64,000 bases of DNA, taken from NCBI GenBank assembly GCA_030600555.1, contig JAUVLW010000001.1:6411-70410 (forward strand), written 5' to 3'. This document shows positions 1 to 8,706 of the stretch, piece by piece. Positions within the stretch are counted from its first letter, which is position 1. Each line of letters begins with the position of its first letter. Below the pieces are notes generated by a model. The model did not search any database. It worked only from the letters and a program-made list of their open reading frames with translations, and had not been told where the DNA came from. Position numbers and translations under genes: made by a program. Origin of the DNA: Candidatus Aenigmatarchaeota archaeon. GTDB lineage: Archaea > Aenigmatarchaeota > Aenigmatarchaeia > QMZS01.

Positions 1-12
1 TCCCGAACATAA

Positions 13-324
13 TTATCTAAACAGAAAATAAGAGAATATAGAATATCCTATCTTAATTAGGAAATAGATAAATATCAGGTTTACGCCTGGGTTGCTGAAT
101 CCATAAGAGAACAATATAAGGAAAGGTATTGCTAAATCAACCAGTGAATATATTTTTAACAAAATTGTCAGAGGAGGCAATATCTGAATAAATGTAGTAA
201 TTCCTCTCAAAAGGATGATTGAAATTATTATAACTGCAAACAGGTTGTTTGAATAACTCATCATAAGCAGAACACCTATTATTATGTCTATAAGCCCCAT
301 CAGGTAAATTAATATCATGAACAT
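13..324 (-). CDS. hypothetical small membrane protein
   Basis: 103 aa ORF, almost entirely hydrophobic with 2-3 predicted TM helices. No recognisable motif. Confidence 0.3.
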   Translation of the reverse strand: MFMILIYLMGLIDIIIGVLLMMSYSNNLFAVIIISIILLRGITTFIQILPPLTILLKIYSLVDLAIPFLILFSYGFSNPGVNLIFIYFLIKIGYSIFSYFLFR

Positions 325-386
325 AATTATTAGACAGGTAAATATTATTATTTGGATAATTTATAAATTTAATGATATTCAGTTAT

Positions 387-574
387 GCTTCAGTAGCTCA
401 GCAGGTAGAGCATCTGGCTGTTAACCAGGAGGTCGAAGGTTCGAGGCAACCCTTTTCAAGGTAATTGTTGAAAAAGGTCTGCACCCCAAAAATGCTCATC
501 TTTAGATGGCACCCCTTTTTGCATCGCAAAAAGAAGGACTTAATTGGGGTGAAATGAAAATCCTTCCTGAAGCG
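387..574 (+). tRNA. tRNA-Asn (anticodon GTT) with ~115 nt intron inside the T-loop
   Basis: Read directly from sequence: acceptor GCTTCAG / CTGAAGC plus discriminator G; D-arm GCTC-AGCAGGTA-GAGC; anticodon arm TCTGG-CTGTTAA-CCAGG; variable loop AGGTC; T-stem GAAGG (435-439) / CCTTC (562-566). The T-loop TTCGA|..|AT is interrupted by 445..559. The region is GC-rich in an AT-rich background. Exons: 387..444 and 560..574. Confidence 0.75.
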
Positions 575-622
575 TATTTTTTTAAAATAAAAATATAAAA
601 TTCCCAAAAAATAAAATCAAAC

Positions 623-877
623 TTATTTTTTCTTTGATTTTTTATCCCCGTCAATTTCTTTCTTTAATTTTACGTCTTTGAGTTCTTCTAGTTCCACCCA
701 CATTATCAACAATCCTGTTAAAATCAGAACTATTCCAACAGAGCCTGAGAGAAGCACTTTTAGACTAAATAAAGAGTCCACTAATCCAGCCATTTCAAAA
801 GAACTATGGAATACATACCAGGCAATCCCCGACAGGGTAATTAATACCCCAATTATTAGTTTTACTATCGTGTTCAT
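623..877 (-). CDS. hypothetical small membrane protein with Lys-rich C-terminus
   Basis: 84 aa ORF with two predicted TM helices and a charged KKEIDGDKKSKKK tail. Confidence 0.35.
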   Translation of the reverse strand: MNTIVKLIIGVLITLSGIAWYVFHSSFEMAGLVDSLFSLKVLLSGSVGIVLILTGLLIMWVELEELKDVKLKKEIDGDKKSKKK

Positions 878-916
878 ATATAATATAGGTATTAAATTAT
901 TTTGATTAGTTTTATA

Positions 917-1489
917 ATGGGATTTAGTAAATATTTGAGAGAAATCTGGAAAGCACCCAAGAAAAATGAGGTTTATAAAGAGAGATTAATAACTTATAGA
1001 AGAGAAAATGTTGTTGTTAAAATAGACAAACCAACCCGATTAGATCGGGCTAAAGCGTTAGGATATAAGGCAAAACAGGGATTTGTAGTTACAAGAGCGA
1101 AAATTAAGAAAGGAACCAGAGTGAGAACCAGAATAACAAAAGGAAGGAAACCATCAAATTTAGGTACAAGAATACCGGCAAAAAAGAGCAAACAAGTCAT
1201 AATTGAAGAAAGGGTTGCGAGAAAATTCCCAAATCTTGAGGTTTTAAATTCTTATTGGATTGGCGAAGACGGTAAAAGCACTTGGTTTGAAGTAATCTTA
1301 GTGGATAAAACTCATCCTCAAATAAGGAATGATAAAGATGTTAACTGGATGCTCGAAAGACAGCATAAAGGCAGAGTTTTCAGAGGTATGACTTCAGCTG
1401 CCAAAAAATCAAGAGGTTTAAGCCGTAAAGGAAATGGTGCTGAAAAGATAAGACCAAGTATCAGGTCAAATAAAACCCAGGGGAAATAA
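917..1489 (+). CDS. rpl15e: 50S ribosomal protein L15e
   Basis: [16 protein letters not shown].. N-terminus and the basic profile along the whole length are typical of archaeal L15e (~190 aa). The ORF-track start at 902 adds 5 residues, so the internal Met is preferred. Confidence 0.88.
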   Translation: MGFSKYLREIWKAPKKNEVYKERLITYRRENVVVKIDKPTRLDRAKALGYKAKQGFVVTRAKIKKGTRVRTRITKGRKPSNLGTRIPAKKSKQVIIEERVARKFPNLEVLNSYWIGEDGKSTWFEVILVDKTHPQIRNDKDVNWMLERQHKGRVFRGMTSAAKKSRGLSRKGNGAEKIRPSIRSNKTQGK

Positions 1490-1553
1490 TTAATTTTTTA
1501 AAAAATAATTGGATTTTAGGTTATTTGCTGCGGTTTTATTCCAGAGAAATAAA

Positions 1554-2000
1554 CTATTTTTTATCAGTGCTTCCAAAACCCCCCCGACTATTTTCATCAA
1601 GCAAATCTTTATCATGAATTATATTTAAATCAGGCTTTTCAAATCTCAGGAACACAATTTGCCCTATTCTCTCGCCTTTTTCAATAATAGCTTCAGTTTC
1701 CCCAAAATTGTATAAATTTAGTTTTATTGAGTCTTCTTTTCCGCAGTAATCAAGGTCAATAATCCCCACAGAATTTAACATCATCAGGTTTTTCTTCACA
1801 GGGAGAGAACTTCTTACAAATAGAGAGACAAATATATTTTTATTGTTGAGTTTAACTATCATTCCCGTATCTACCACTTTGCTTGTCTTTGGGGAAATTT
1901 TTAGAGTTTCATTTGAGCATATATCATAACCCACAGAATTCGGTGTTTTGTAGCCAATATCATCAATTCCTTCAGGTACGTAAATTGTTCCTTCTTCCAT
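1554..2000 (-). CDS. dut: dUTPase / dCTP deaminase family protein
   Basis: GIIDLDYCGKEDSIKLNLYNFGETEAIIEKGERIGQIVF matches the dUTPase/dCTP deaminase beta-barrel motifs. The ORF-track N-terminus (to 2075) overlaps tRNA-Glu exons, so the start is moved to an internal Met (MEEGTIYV at 2000, or MLLIMEEG at 2012). Confidence 0.75.
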   Translation of the reverse strand: MEEGTIYVPEGIDDIGYKTPNSVGYDICSNETLKISPKTSKVVDTGMIVKLNNKNIFVSLFVRSSLPVKKNLMMLNSVGIIDLDYCGKEDSIKLNLYNFGETEAIIEKGERIGQIVFLRFEKPDLNIIHDKDLLDENSRGGFGSTDKK

Positions 2001-2011
2001 AATTAAAAGCA

Positions 2012-2244
2012 TGCTCCCGCCGGGATTCTCATATACCCTAAAATTACTTTTTGGGGTGCAGACCTTTTTCAACAATCACGCTGAAAAGGGTTGCTTTGAA
2101 CCCGGGTCACCGGCTGTCTCCATGTCATAGACTTTGCGTCTCATACCTTTCTTTATTAACCAATTTCTTGGTTCGGGTGTCGGCCTTTTTTTAAAGGCTG
2201 ACTTCGAAAGGCCGGGATCCTGGACCGAGCTAGACTACAGGAGC
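2012..2244 (-). tRNA. tRNA-Glu (anticodon TTC) with two introns: canonical 37/38 position (~89 nt) and T-loop (~69 nt)
   Basis: Minus-strand read: GCTCCTG-TA-GTCT-AGCTCGGTCCA-GGAT (classic tRNA-Glu D-arm); anticodon stem CCGGC/GCCGG with loop CTTTCG|A; variable TGAC; T-stem CCGGG/CCCGG; acceptor 3' CGGGAGC + A. Exons: 2244..2205, 2115..2096, 2026..2012. Introns: 2204..2116 and 2095..2027. Confidence 0.7.
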
Positions 2245-2360
2245 ATAAATATTTAATTATTAATTTTTTAAAAGGTGGGTAAACAGCTTTATTGAGTATA
2301 TTCAAATAATTTTATAGATTGCCAGACCTCTATATATTTTATCTGGCTGAGATACAGAAA

Positions 2361-3083
2361 TTAATCTATTAGAGAATCCAAATATTCTTTTTCAAGGAAA
2401 TGTAGTTTACCGGGGATTATAATAACACAGAGAAAGCAATCCTGATTGAGCAGGTTTTTTATTTTATCATATCTTAAAATTTGTTCACTGCTTCCTGCTT
2501 TGCAAAAAACAACAACTTCAGTTTCTTCTGAAAGAAGATTTTTTTTGAATTTATTTTCCAGCTCAAGCAATATTTTTAACCCTTCACCACAGGTCATAAG
2601 TTTTTCTTTTGTGATATCCAGAAGGAATAATGTGTGCGCATCCTGTTTAAGATTATCTTCAAGTAGATTATAAGGCGCTTCAGAATAATAATAGGATATT
2701 GTTGAGACTTTCCCAAATTTATAAATTTGCAATCCTGTTTCTCCGATTGCGGAAAATATAGAACTTGAATGTATTATTTTTGTTTCAACTCCGGATTTTT
2801 TTGCGTCAAGCAGAATTGAATTATGAGTTGTCGCAATCAGAGAATCTCCGGGAACCAACAAAGCAACATCTTTTTCTTTTGCGGTGTCCAGAATATTATT
2901 GATATTATTTTCTAAATCTTCCCTCTCCACCGTTTCTGCATCAATACCCAGACTTTCTAAATCCCCTTTCCATAAACTTGTGTATCTTTCGATGAGAACT
3001 TTATCGCACTTTTTTGCGGCTTCCAAACCTTTAATAGAAATATCTTTTTCATCCCAGAGACCAATACCAATTAAATATAACAT
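2361..3083 (-). CDS. dph5: diphthine synthase (Dph5)
   Basis: MLYLIGIGLWDEKDISIKGLEAAKKCDKVLIERYTS.. is a tetrapyrrole-methylase-fold diphthine synthase signature, ~240 aa. The start is moved to an internal Met to avoid overlap with the upstream gene. Confidence 0.85.
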   Translation of the reverse strand: MLYLIGIGLWDEKDISIKGLEAAKKCDKVLIERYTSLWKGDLESLGIDAETVEREDLENNINNILDTAKEKDVALLVPGDSLIATTHNSILLDAKKSGVETKIIHSSSIFSAIGETGLQIYKFGKVSTISYYYSEAPYNLLEDNLKQDAHTLFLLDITKEKLMTCGEGLKILLELENKFKKNLLSEETEVVVFCKAGSSEQILRYDKIKNLLNQDCFLCVIIIPGKLHFLEKEYLDSLID

Positions 3084-3084
3084 A

Positions 3085-4209
3085 TCAACACAAAATTTCA
3101 CCTTCTCCGATTACTATTTTAGGATGGGCTCCTAATGAAAAAGGGTCTTCTTTCCACACAATTAAAGACGCGAGTTTATTTTCTTTTATTTCTCCGATTT
3201 CTTTTGCACCAATAATTTCAGCATTCTGTTTGGTTATTATTGAGATGCATTCTGCTTTGCTGAGACCAAAGTATTTGAAGAATCTTAATTGCAAAAATAA
3301 ATTTCTTTGAAGGACTACAGGATGGTCGCTTATCAAACCATATTTTAAATTAGATTTTGCAAGAAGTCCTATATTTTTCCAACTTTCATTTTTTAATTCA
3401 ACTTTAGGCGGGAAGGAATCCACAGGACCATATACCACAGGGAATCCTGAATCTTTGATTATTTTAAATCCTCTTTCTGTGTTTATGTCGCATGCGTGAT
3501 TTATCACAATGTTTTTTAGTTTGAATTCTTTTGCTATTCTAATTATTGCAATTATATCATCTTCTTTATGAACATGAATCATTAATCTTTCTTTGTTTTC
3601 AATTATCCTAATTAAATGTTCAGTTAAATAACCAATTTCTTCGGGTTTCTTTTTTTTCTTTTCAATGAGTTTTTTTGCTTTTACCGCTTCCGATAATTTG
3701 CTTCTCAAAAGATATGCTGCCCCCATTCTTGTATAAGGTCTTGAGCCTTTCCATTCAGTTGTGCTTCTTGGGTTGTAACCAAAAGCCATCTTGATTCCAG
3801 TGTATTTCATAAATGCTTCTTCGGCGTTTTTTGCGTAATTTTTTATTAAGACGCATCGCCCTCCAATTATATTTCCGCTTCCAGGCATTATATTTGAGTA
3901 TAAAATTCCATGCTCAACAGATTCTGAAAATGCTTTGTCTTCAAGATAAATTGAATCCAAAGGGTCTGCAAAAAGGAAAGGTCCCATAGGGTCGTTAGCT
4001 TCATCTTCCTGATAAGGTTCGCCGCTTCTGCATAATCCAATATGGCAATGAGAATCCACAAATGCTGGTGTAACAATTCCTTCACCAATAATTTCGCATT
4101 TTGGTTTTGTTGCGGTAATTTTTTTAATCTTTTTATCAAATATAATATAAACATTTTCTTTTGTGTTTTTTGAACCATCATACAATAATTTCGCTTTTAC
4201 CGCTTTCAT
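3085..4209 (-). CDS. amidohydrolase-family metal-dependent hydrolase
   Basis: PAFVDSHCHIG (an HxH metal-binding motif) near the N-terminus, and a C-terminal Asp-containing segment of the TIM-barrel amidohydrolase superfamily. 374 aa. Confidence 0.65.
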   Translation of the reverse strand: MKAVKAKLLYDGSKNTKENVYIIFDKKIKKITATKPKCEIIGEGIVTPAFVDSHCHIGLCRSGEPYQEDEANDPMGPFLFADPLDSIYLEDKAFSESVEHGILYSNIMPGSGNIIGGRCVLIKNYAKNAEEAFMKYTGIKMAFGYNPRSTTEWKGSRPYTRMGAAYLLRSKLSEAVKAKKLIEKKKKKPEEIGYLTEHLIRIIENKERLMIHVHKEDDIIAIIRIAKEFKLKNIVINHACDINTERGFKIIKDSGFPVVYGPVDSFPPKVELKNESWKNIGLLAKSNLKYGLISDHPVVLQRNLFLQLRFFKYFGLSKAECISIITKQNAEIIGAKEIGEIKENKLASLIVWKEDPFSLGAHPKIVIGEGEILC

Positions 4210-4231
4210 AAGTAATATTGAAATTTAATAG

Positions 4232-4570
4232 TTATAATAATTTGAGGTCTTTAATTAATTCATCAATTTTTTTGTCTTCTGCAGGACCAATCCCGAGGCA
4301 GGTAATTGTTGCGCTTGGAAGTTGGGTTAACCCGGCATCAATTACTAGATAATTTGGCAGGTTTTTTTCAAATACTCTTTTTTGTAATTCTATCAGTTCC
4401 ATTTCATCTTTAACTTTCAGAACAATTTTTTTGGCTCCTTCTTTTTCCCAGATTTCTCTCAATTGTTTATCCGCTCTTTTATAGGAACCTATGCTTGCAT
4501 GAGCAACCTGAGCCGCAATTTTTCCTTTACCCATTTTTAGATTAGTTCTAACAATAATTACTTGTTTCAT
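4232..4570 (-). CDS. pth2: peptidyl-tRNA hydrolase, archaeal type (Pth2)
   Basis: MKQVIIVRTNLKMGKGKIAAQVAHASIGSY.. is a diagnostic Pth2 N-terminus. ~113 aa after trimming a 16 aa ORF-track extension. Confidence 0.85.
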   Translation of the reverse strand: MKQVIIVRTNLKMGKGKIAAQVAHASIGSYKRADKQLREIWEKEGAKKIVLKVKDEMELIELQKRVFEKNLPNYLVIDAGLTQLPSATITCLGIGPAEDKKIDELIKDLKLL

Positions 4571-5170
4571 ATATACATTCAAATTATAATTATGCTTAAG
4601 AAAACTAATGAAATGCATGAAATTTCAAACAAAAAACTCCCTAGATTTTTAGTTTATCTAATTTCATTTGTCGCATTTTTTGTTTCTTCACTCCTGTTAC
4701 TTTTCACATTGCCTTATATGATATTTGTTTCAGATTTATTAGGTTATGCAGCAATAATTATTTTTTCTGTAATACTTGGTTTATTGTTTAAGTTTCTTTT
4801 AGATAAAAGTGAATGTAAGAATCTGGATTATATTCTATTGCCTGTTATTCTTTCAACAATAAGCACTATTGTTTTTGGTTTTCTAAAATATATGGAATTG
4901 ATGTTTCAATTTATTAGCAATGCAGATCGGGTTTTTTCAGGATTGCCAAATTCATATTCTTCATTAGTAAATTTTCCAAGTACTGATTTGTTATTTTTCT
5001 TGTTAATGGTGTTGTTTAACTTAAGTTTTGTCTACAAATATCTACAGAATTCCGGTGATAAAAGATATATCTTTTTGTATATAATTCCCATAGTCTGTTA
5101 TTTTTTAATATCTTTTGCAGTTGGGGTCTTGTTTGGCTCTTCAATGAGTATGGGTTTAGCTCCAATATAA
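4562..5170 (+). CDS. hypothetical polytopic membrane protein
   Basis: 202 aa with 5-6 hydrophobic helices. No recognisable motif. Confidence 0.4.
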   Translation: MFHIYIQIIIMLKKTNEMHEISNKKLPRFLVYLISFVAFFVSSLLLLFTLPYMIFVSDLLGYAAIIIFSVILGLLFKFLLDKSECKNLDYILLPVILSTISTIVFGFLKYMELMFQFISNADRVFSGLPNSYSSLVNFPSTDLLFFLLMVLFNLSFVYKYLQNSGDKRYIFLYIIPIVCYFLISFAVGVLFGSSMSMGLAPI

Positions 5171-5203
5171 AATCTATTTGCCAGATTACAAAAAATATTC
5201 AGC

Positions 5204-5644
5204 TTATTTCTTAGGTGTTGCTATAATTCCGCCTAAACCCGCAGAGGCAATCTGATGGATAACCCCGGAAGTCATGTTTGCGACATCTTGTATTTCTCCA
5301 GCTGAGATATTTAAGGTATTTGGTTTTAGAATTTCAATTGAACTTGGACCATAAGAAATAGTTATAACCATAAGGGTTTTCAAATCCTGAACCATTGCTT
5401 CGGTTTCAACAATCTGCGAGTATGCAAATTCAATGCCTTTCATTGGTTTTTCAACCTTTTCTATTTTGCTGAAGTCTTTTTTATAGACTAAAGATGTTTT
5501 TATTTTCTCTAGTTTATCAATATGTTCTTTCAGGCTTTTCTCCACAATTTCTTTATTCATCCCAAGAACTTCAAATATAAGGTTAACTTTCATCCATTTT
5601 TTAGCTTCAAGCTCTTTCATTTTGCATTTTAGTTCTGCGTCCAT
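5204..5644 (-). CDS. hypothetical protein (N-terminal coiled coil)
   Basis: 146 aa ORF with clean codon structure. Family not recognised. Confidence 0.4.
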   Translation of the reverse strand: MDAELKCKMKELEAKKWMKVNLIFEVLGMNKEIVEKSLKEHIDKLEKIKTSLVYKKDFSKIEKVEKPMKGIEFAYSQIVETEAMVQDLKTLMVITISYGPSSIEILKPNTLNISAGEIQDVANMTSGVIHQIASAGLGGIIATPKK

Positions 5645-5729
5645 AATTAATTAAAAAATTTAAATGGGGTTAAAAATGTTCTTCAATTTGATTATATCCT
5701 TTTCTTGAGAATTCAGCTGTGGATATAGT

Positions 5730-6038
5730 CTATTTGTAAGGGTTTCTGTAGCTTATTTCCAGTCCTCCGCCAATAGTTCTTCTGGCTTTGGTGTAATAGT
5801 TTAATTCTGTGTACTCGCCTAATAATTGGTTTATTATCGCAGTTTTCAGCTTAAATTCCGGAACTTTTTCAAGGTCCTCAAGATTGATAAAATAAGGGCG
5901 TACCCCTGAGTGGTCTTCGGTTTCATCCCATCCATATCCAATATGAGGTTTTTTACCATGAACTCTTATTTCTTCTTCATCAGGGATAAATAAGATATTT
6001 TCTCCTATATGTATAATTCGGTTTTCAGGTGATTCCAT
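5730..6038 (-). CDS. hypothetical protein
   Basis: The ORF-track version (to 6167) runs through the 3' exon and intron of tRNA-Leu, so it is trimmed to the internal Met (MESPENRIIHIG..). Confidence 0.4.
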   Translation of the reverse strand: MESPENRIIHIGENILFIPDEEEIRVHGKKPHIGYGWDETEDHSGVRPYFINLEDLEKVPEFKLKTAIINQLLGEYTELNYYTKARRTIGGGLEISYRNPYK

Positions 6039-6061
6039 AAAAATACCTAAAAGTTTAAAAA

Positions 6062-6251
6062 TGCAGGAGGGGAGACTTCCGGTAAGATGTAATTTTAGTT
6101 TCTTTTGCTTAAGGTGTTTCTTTTCTAAAGACATTCGTCCTTTGGACGATGCATCGTTGCGAAGCAACTAATGAAATCTTATTCGAACTCCCGAACCGAC
6201 TAACAGACAGAGTCCTTAGCCCTGCGCCTTTGACCACTTGGCTACCCCTGC
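6062..6251 (-). tRNA. tRNA-Leu (class II; anticodon reads AAG) with ~110 nt intron in the T-loop
   Basis: Minus-strand read: GCAGGGG-TA-GCC-AAGTGGTCAAA-GGC-G-CAGGG-CTAAGGA-CTCTG, long variable arm TCTGTTAGTCGGTTC, T-stem GGGAG ... CTCCC, acceptor 3' CTCCTGC + A73. The T-loop TTCGA.. is interrupted by ~6077..6186. The A34 anticodon is unusual for archaea. Confidence 0.65.
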
Positions 6252-6402
6252 ATAATATTAAATAAAGTAAATTCTTAAGTGAATGTTATGGTTGATTATT
6301 TGTATAGTTTTGAAAATAATGAAATTAGGGTTTTTGATGAAAATACCCGTGTAAAATTAGTTAAAGAGTTCTGCGTTTGATAATCTGAATAAGTTCAGCT
6401 AA

Positions 6403-7593
6403 TTAACAAAAATCAAATATTCTTCTTTGGGTTAATAGTTTGCTTTTTTTATTGTATTCTTCAATAGGAAGTCTTAATTTTGCGTTTAAGAAATTGAACA
6501 GTTCATTTAAATTTGTAAATTTATCATAGTTTAGTTTGAAAGCATTTCTTATCCCTTCCCTGACTTCCCACACCCCAACAGGAATTTCATATCCTTCGTG
6601 AATTTCTCTTATCACAATTGCTCTTGCTTGCTTTTTCATTCTTAACAAACCCTCGGCAACAGCGAACCTTGCGGCGTAATAACCCCCGCTCTGTGAAATT
6701 GCGTATTTTTTCCTTCCTCCGCATCCTTCATGTTCTATAGTTACACTCGGTTCTTTTCCCTGAAGGTTCCATAAAGTACCCGGGAACCAGGATTCAAATT
6801 GTTCAAATTCCCAGTTTCCCGGAATCAGGATAATGTAATAATAGTTATCAAGATAATTGTTTGTGAATAAAAAATATTCATTAACAGAATCAAAGTCATT
6901 TATTTGTTTTATAAAATGTTTCCCTAACAAATCATCCATTGCTGTGATGCTCCATCTTGTTGGCACAATTTTCTTTTTTACCCCGAGAACCCCTGAACTC
7001 AGAATTTTTGAAATCTGTGAAACTTCAAATTTTGAGTTGTAGAATTCTATTGCGGCGTCATTTGCTTTCATTTCCCCGTCAATCAGACCATAAACTTTTT
7101 TTGTGATTTTAGGATTATCCACCAGTTTTATTTTATTTACTTCCCCGCTCGCTCCCATTGGCTGAGTGATTGTTGAGAATGATTGCAAGAATGAAGGTTT
7201 CTTTGAGAAATTGATTTCCAGGTCCACAGGTTTTATTGAAAGAGTTATGTCCTGCAACTCCTGAATATATCTGTCTTTTGTGAAAATATTTTTTTTCAAT
7301 TTACCCCTTACAAGAGAATATCTGTCTTTGACAATGCTGTTAAGATCCATACCGTACATTTTTTCAGGTGTATCTTGTCTTTCAAGATTGGACTCATTCA
7401 GTGAAATCATAGGTCCGACTAATAAATTAGGATATCCTTCATGACCAACAAAAACAGATTTTGGGGAAGGTCCAAACAAAGTTTCCTTGATTTTTGGGGT
7501 TGAGATTTTTTGGTAATATATTTTTGTCAGCAATGGGCATTTATCCCTCCCACACAATTTTCTTACTCCTTTGCAGATTAAACATAAGTTCAT
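6403..7593 (-). CDS. hypothetical protein with N-terminal Cys4 zinc-ribbon motif (possibly Nre-family DNA-repair-associated protein)
   Basis: N-terminus CLICKGVRKLCGRDKCP is a CxxC..C..C motif. ~396 aa. The Nre assignment is from memory only. Confidence 0.35.
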   Translation of the reverse strand: MNLCLICKGVRKLCGRDKCPLLTKIYYQKISTPKIKETLFGPSPKSVFVGHEGYPNLLVGPMISLNESNLERQDTPEKMYGMDLNSIVKDRYSLVRGKLKKNIFTKDRYIQELQDITLSIKPVDLEINFSKKPSFLQSFSTITQPMGASGEVNKIKLVDNPKITKKVYGLIDGEMKANDAAIEFYNSKFEVSQISKILSSGVLGVKKKIVPTRWSITAMDDLLGKHFIKQINDFDSVNEYFLFTNNYLDNYYYIILIPGNWEFEQFESWFPGTLWNLQGKEPSVTIEHEGCGGRKKYAISQSGGYYAARFAVAEGLLRMKKQARAIVIREIHEGYEIPVGVWEVREGIRNAFKLNYDKFTNLNELFNFLNAKLRLPIEEYNKKSKLLTQRRIFDFC

Positions 7594-7655
7594 AAATTTT
7601 TACTGATATAAATTAAACAAATGGTATTTGTTTTTAGGTTATAAGAGAAATTTAT

Positions 7656-8678
7656 TTAAGCATAACCCGTATAATCATTTTTAGGAACATTTATTTTTTG
7701 AGGTAAAAGGTTATTTTCATTTAAATATAAATCCGGGTCATTTAGAAAACCCAATCCAATACCATAATAATCTGAACCAGGTAAGATTTTTATCTTGTCG
7801 CCTTTTTTCAGAAATATCGCAACTTTGTAGGGATTAACTACAAGGGTAGATTCATCTAAAGGCTGGGTTGGTTGCACATCAAAATACACAGCTTCTGATT
7901 GATAACCTTTGTTCTTAAGAATATGTTCTGCTATTTCTAAAGAATCATATTGGACTTCTGCAATGGATTTATTGATTTCAGGCAATTCAGTTTCATTATT
8001 TTTAAGTTCCGCAATTTTATTTATTATTTGTGTGTCTTTTGGAGCGACGAAAGCGTATTTTAATTTATTATTGGGATTAGTTTCGTTAGTTGTATACACA
8101 AGGAATTTTTCAACACCTATAGGTATTGGAACTGGTATTGTTGGATGCAATGCCATCTTTTGACTTTCTATTATATTGGAAAATTCAAGTTTATTATAAT
8201 CTTCTTTATTAATTGAAATTTTGTCTAAAACTTTTATTTTTCTTAAAGAGTCAATATCTTTAAAATCAATATATTTCAGATATTCGCGTGTTTTTTTATC
8301 GGTTTTAAACAAACCTTTGTCTGCGTTTATTTCACTTTCTCCAACTAAAGCATATATGAGTCCCGCCACATTTTTTACAGGACTTAAAGAATTTTCTGAT
8401 AAATACAATGATGAAATAACATCATCTTTATATTTTGCCACTTCAAGTTTATTTATTTCTTCTCCAGCAGTCTCAAGAAAGGTTTTAATGCAACTATTGT
8501 TTTTGTTTGATTTATTGTATATTATTGAACCTAATTGCTGTAATTCGGTTTCTGTTCCAGGAATAATTGAGCTATAAACCGTTTTTTTTGTTAATAATGA
8601 TTTTGCGTTTCCGCTTAAAAAAATTGCATTATTTTCGGGGTCAAATCCAATTCTATCTATTTTTATTCTCTTTGACAT
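7656..8678 (-). CDS. hypothetical protein
   Basis: Long ORF with good coding structure. The start is trimmed to the Met after the upstream gene's stop (the ORF track extends to 8840, overlapping 8707..9930). Confidence 0.45.
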   Translation of the reverse strand: MSKRIKIDRIGFDPENNAIFLSGNAKSLLTKKTVYSSIIPGTETELQQLGSIIYNKSNKNNSCIKTFLETAGEEINKLEVAKYKDDVISSLYLSENSLSPVKNVAGLIYALVGESEINADKGLFKTDKKTREYLKYIDFKDIDSLRKIKVLDKISINKEDYNKLEFSNIIESQKMALHPTIPVPIPIGVEKFLVYTTNETNPNNKLKYAFVAPKDTQIINKIAELKNNETELPEINKSIAEVQYDSLEIAEHILKNKGYQSEAVYFDVQPTQPLDESTLVVNPYKVAIFLKKGDKIKILPGSDYYGIGLGFLNDPDLYLNENNLLPQKINVPKNDYTGYA

Positions 8679-8706
8679 AATTAATAAGTAGCAAAATTTT
8701 AAATAA

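Noticed and set aside
398-607. 69 aa minus-strand ORF from the six-frame track.
   Set aside because: It lies entirely inside tRNA-Asn and its T-loop intron, antisense. It is GC-rich RNA sequence rather than coding.
2001-2075. N-terminal 21-25 aa extension of the dUTPase ORF.
   Set aside because: It overlaps the 3' exon and T-loop intron of tRNA-Glu on the same strand. The internal Met gives a normal-length dUTPase.
6039-6167. N-terminal 43 aa extension of the ORF at 5730..6167.
   Set aside because: It overlaps the tRNA-Leu 3' exon and intron. The internal Met (MESPENR) is used instead.
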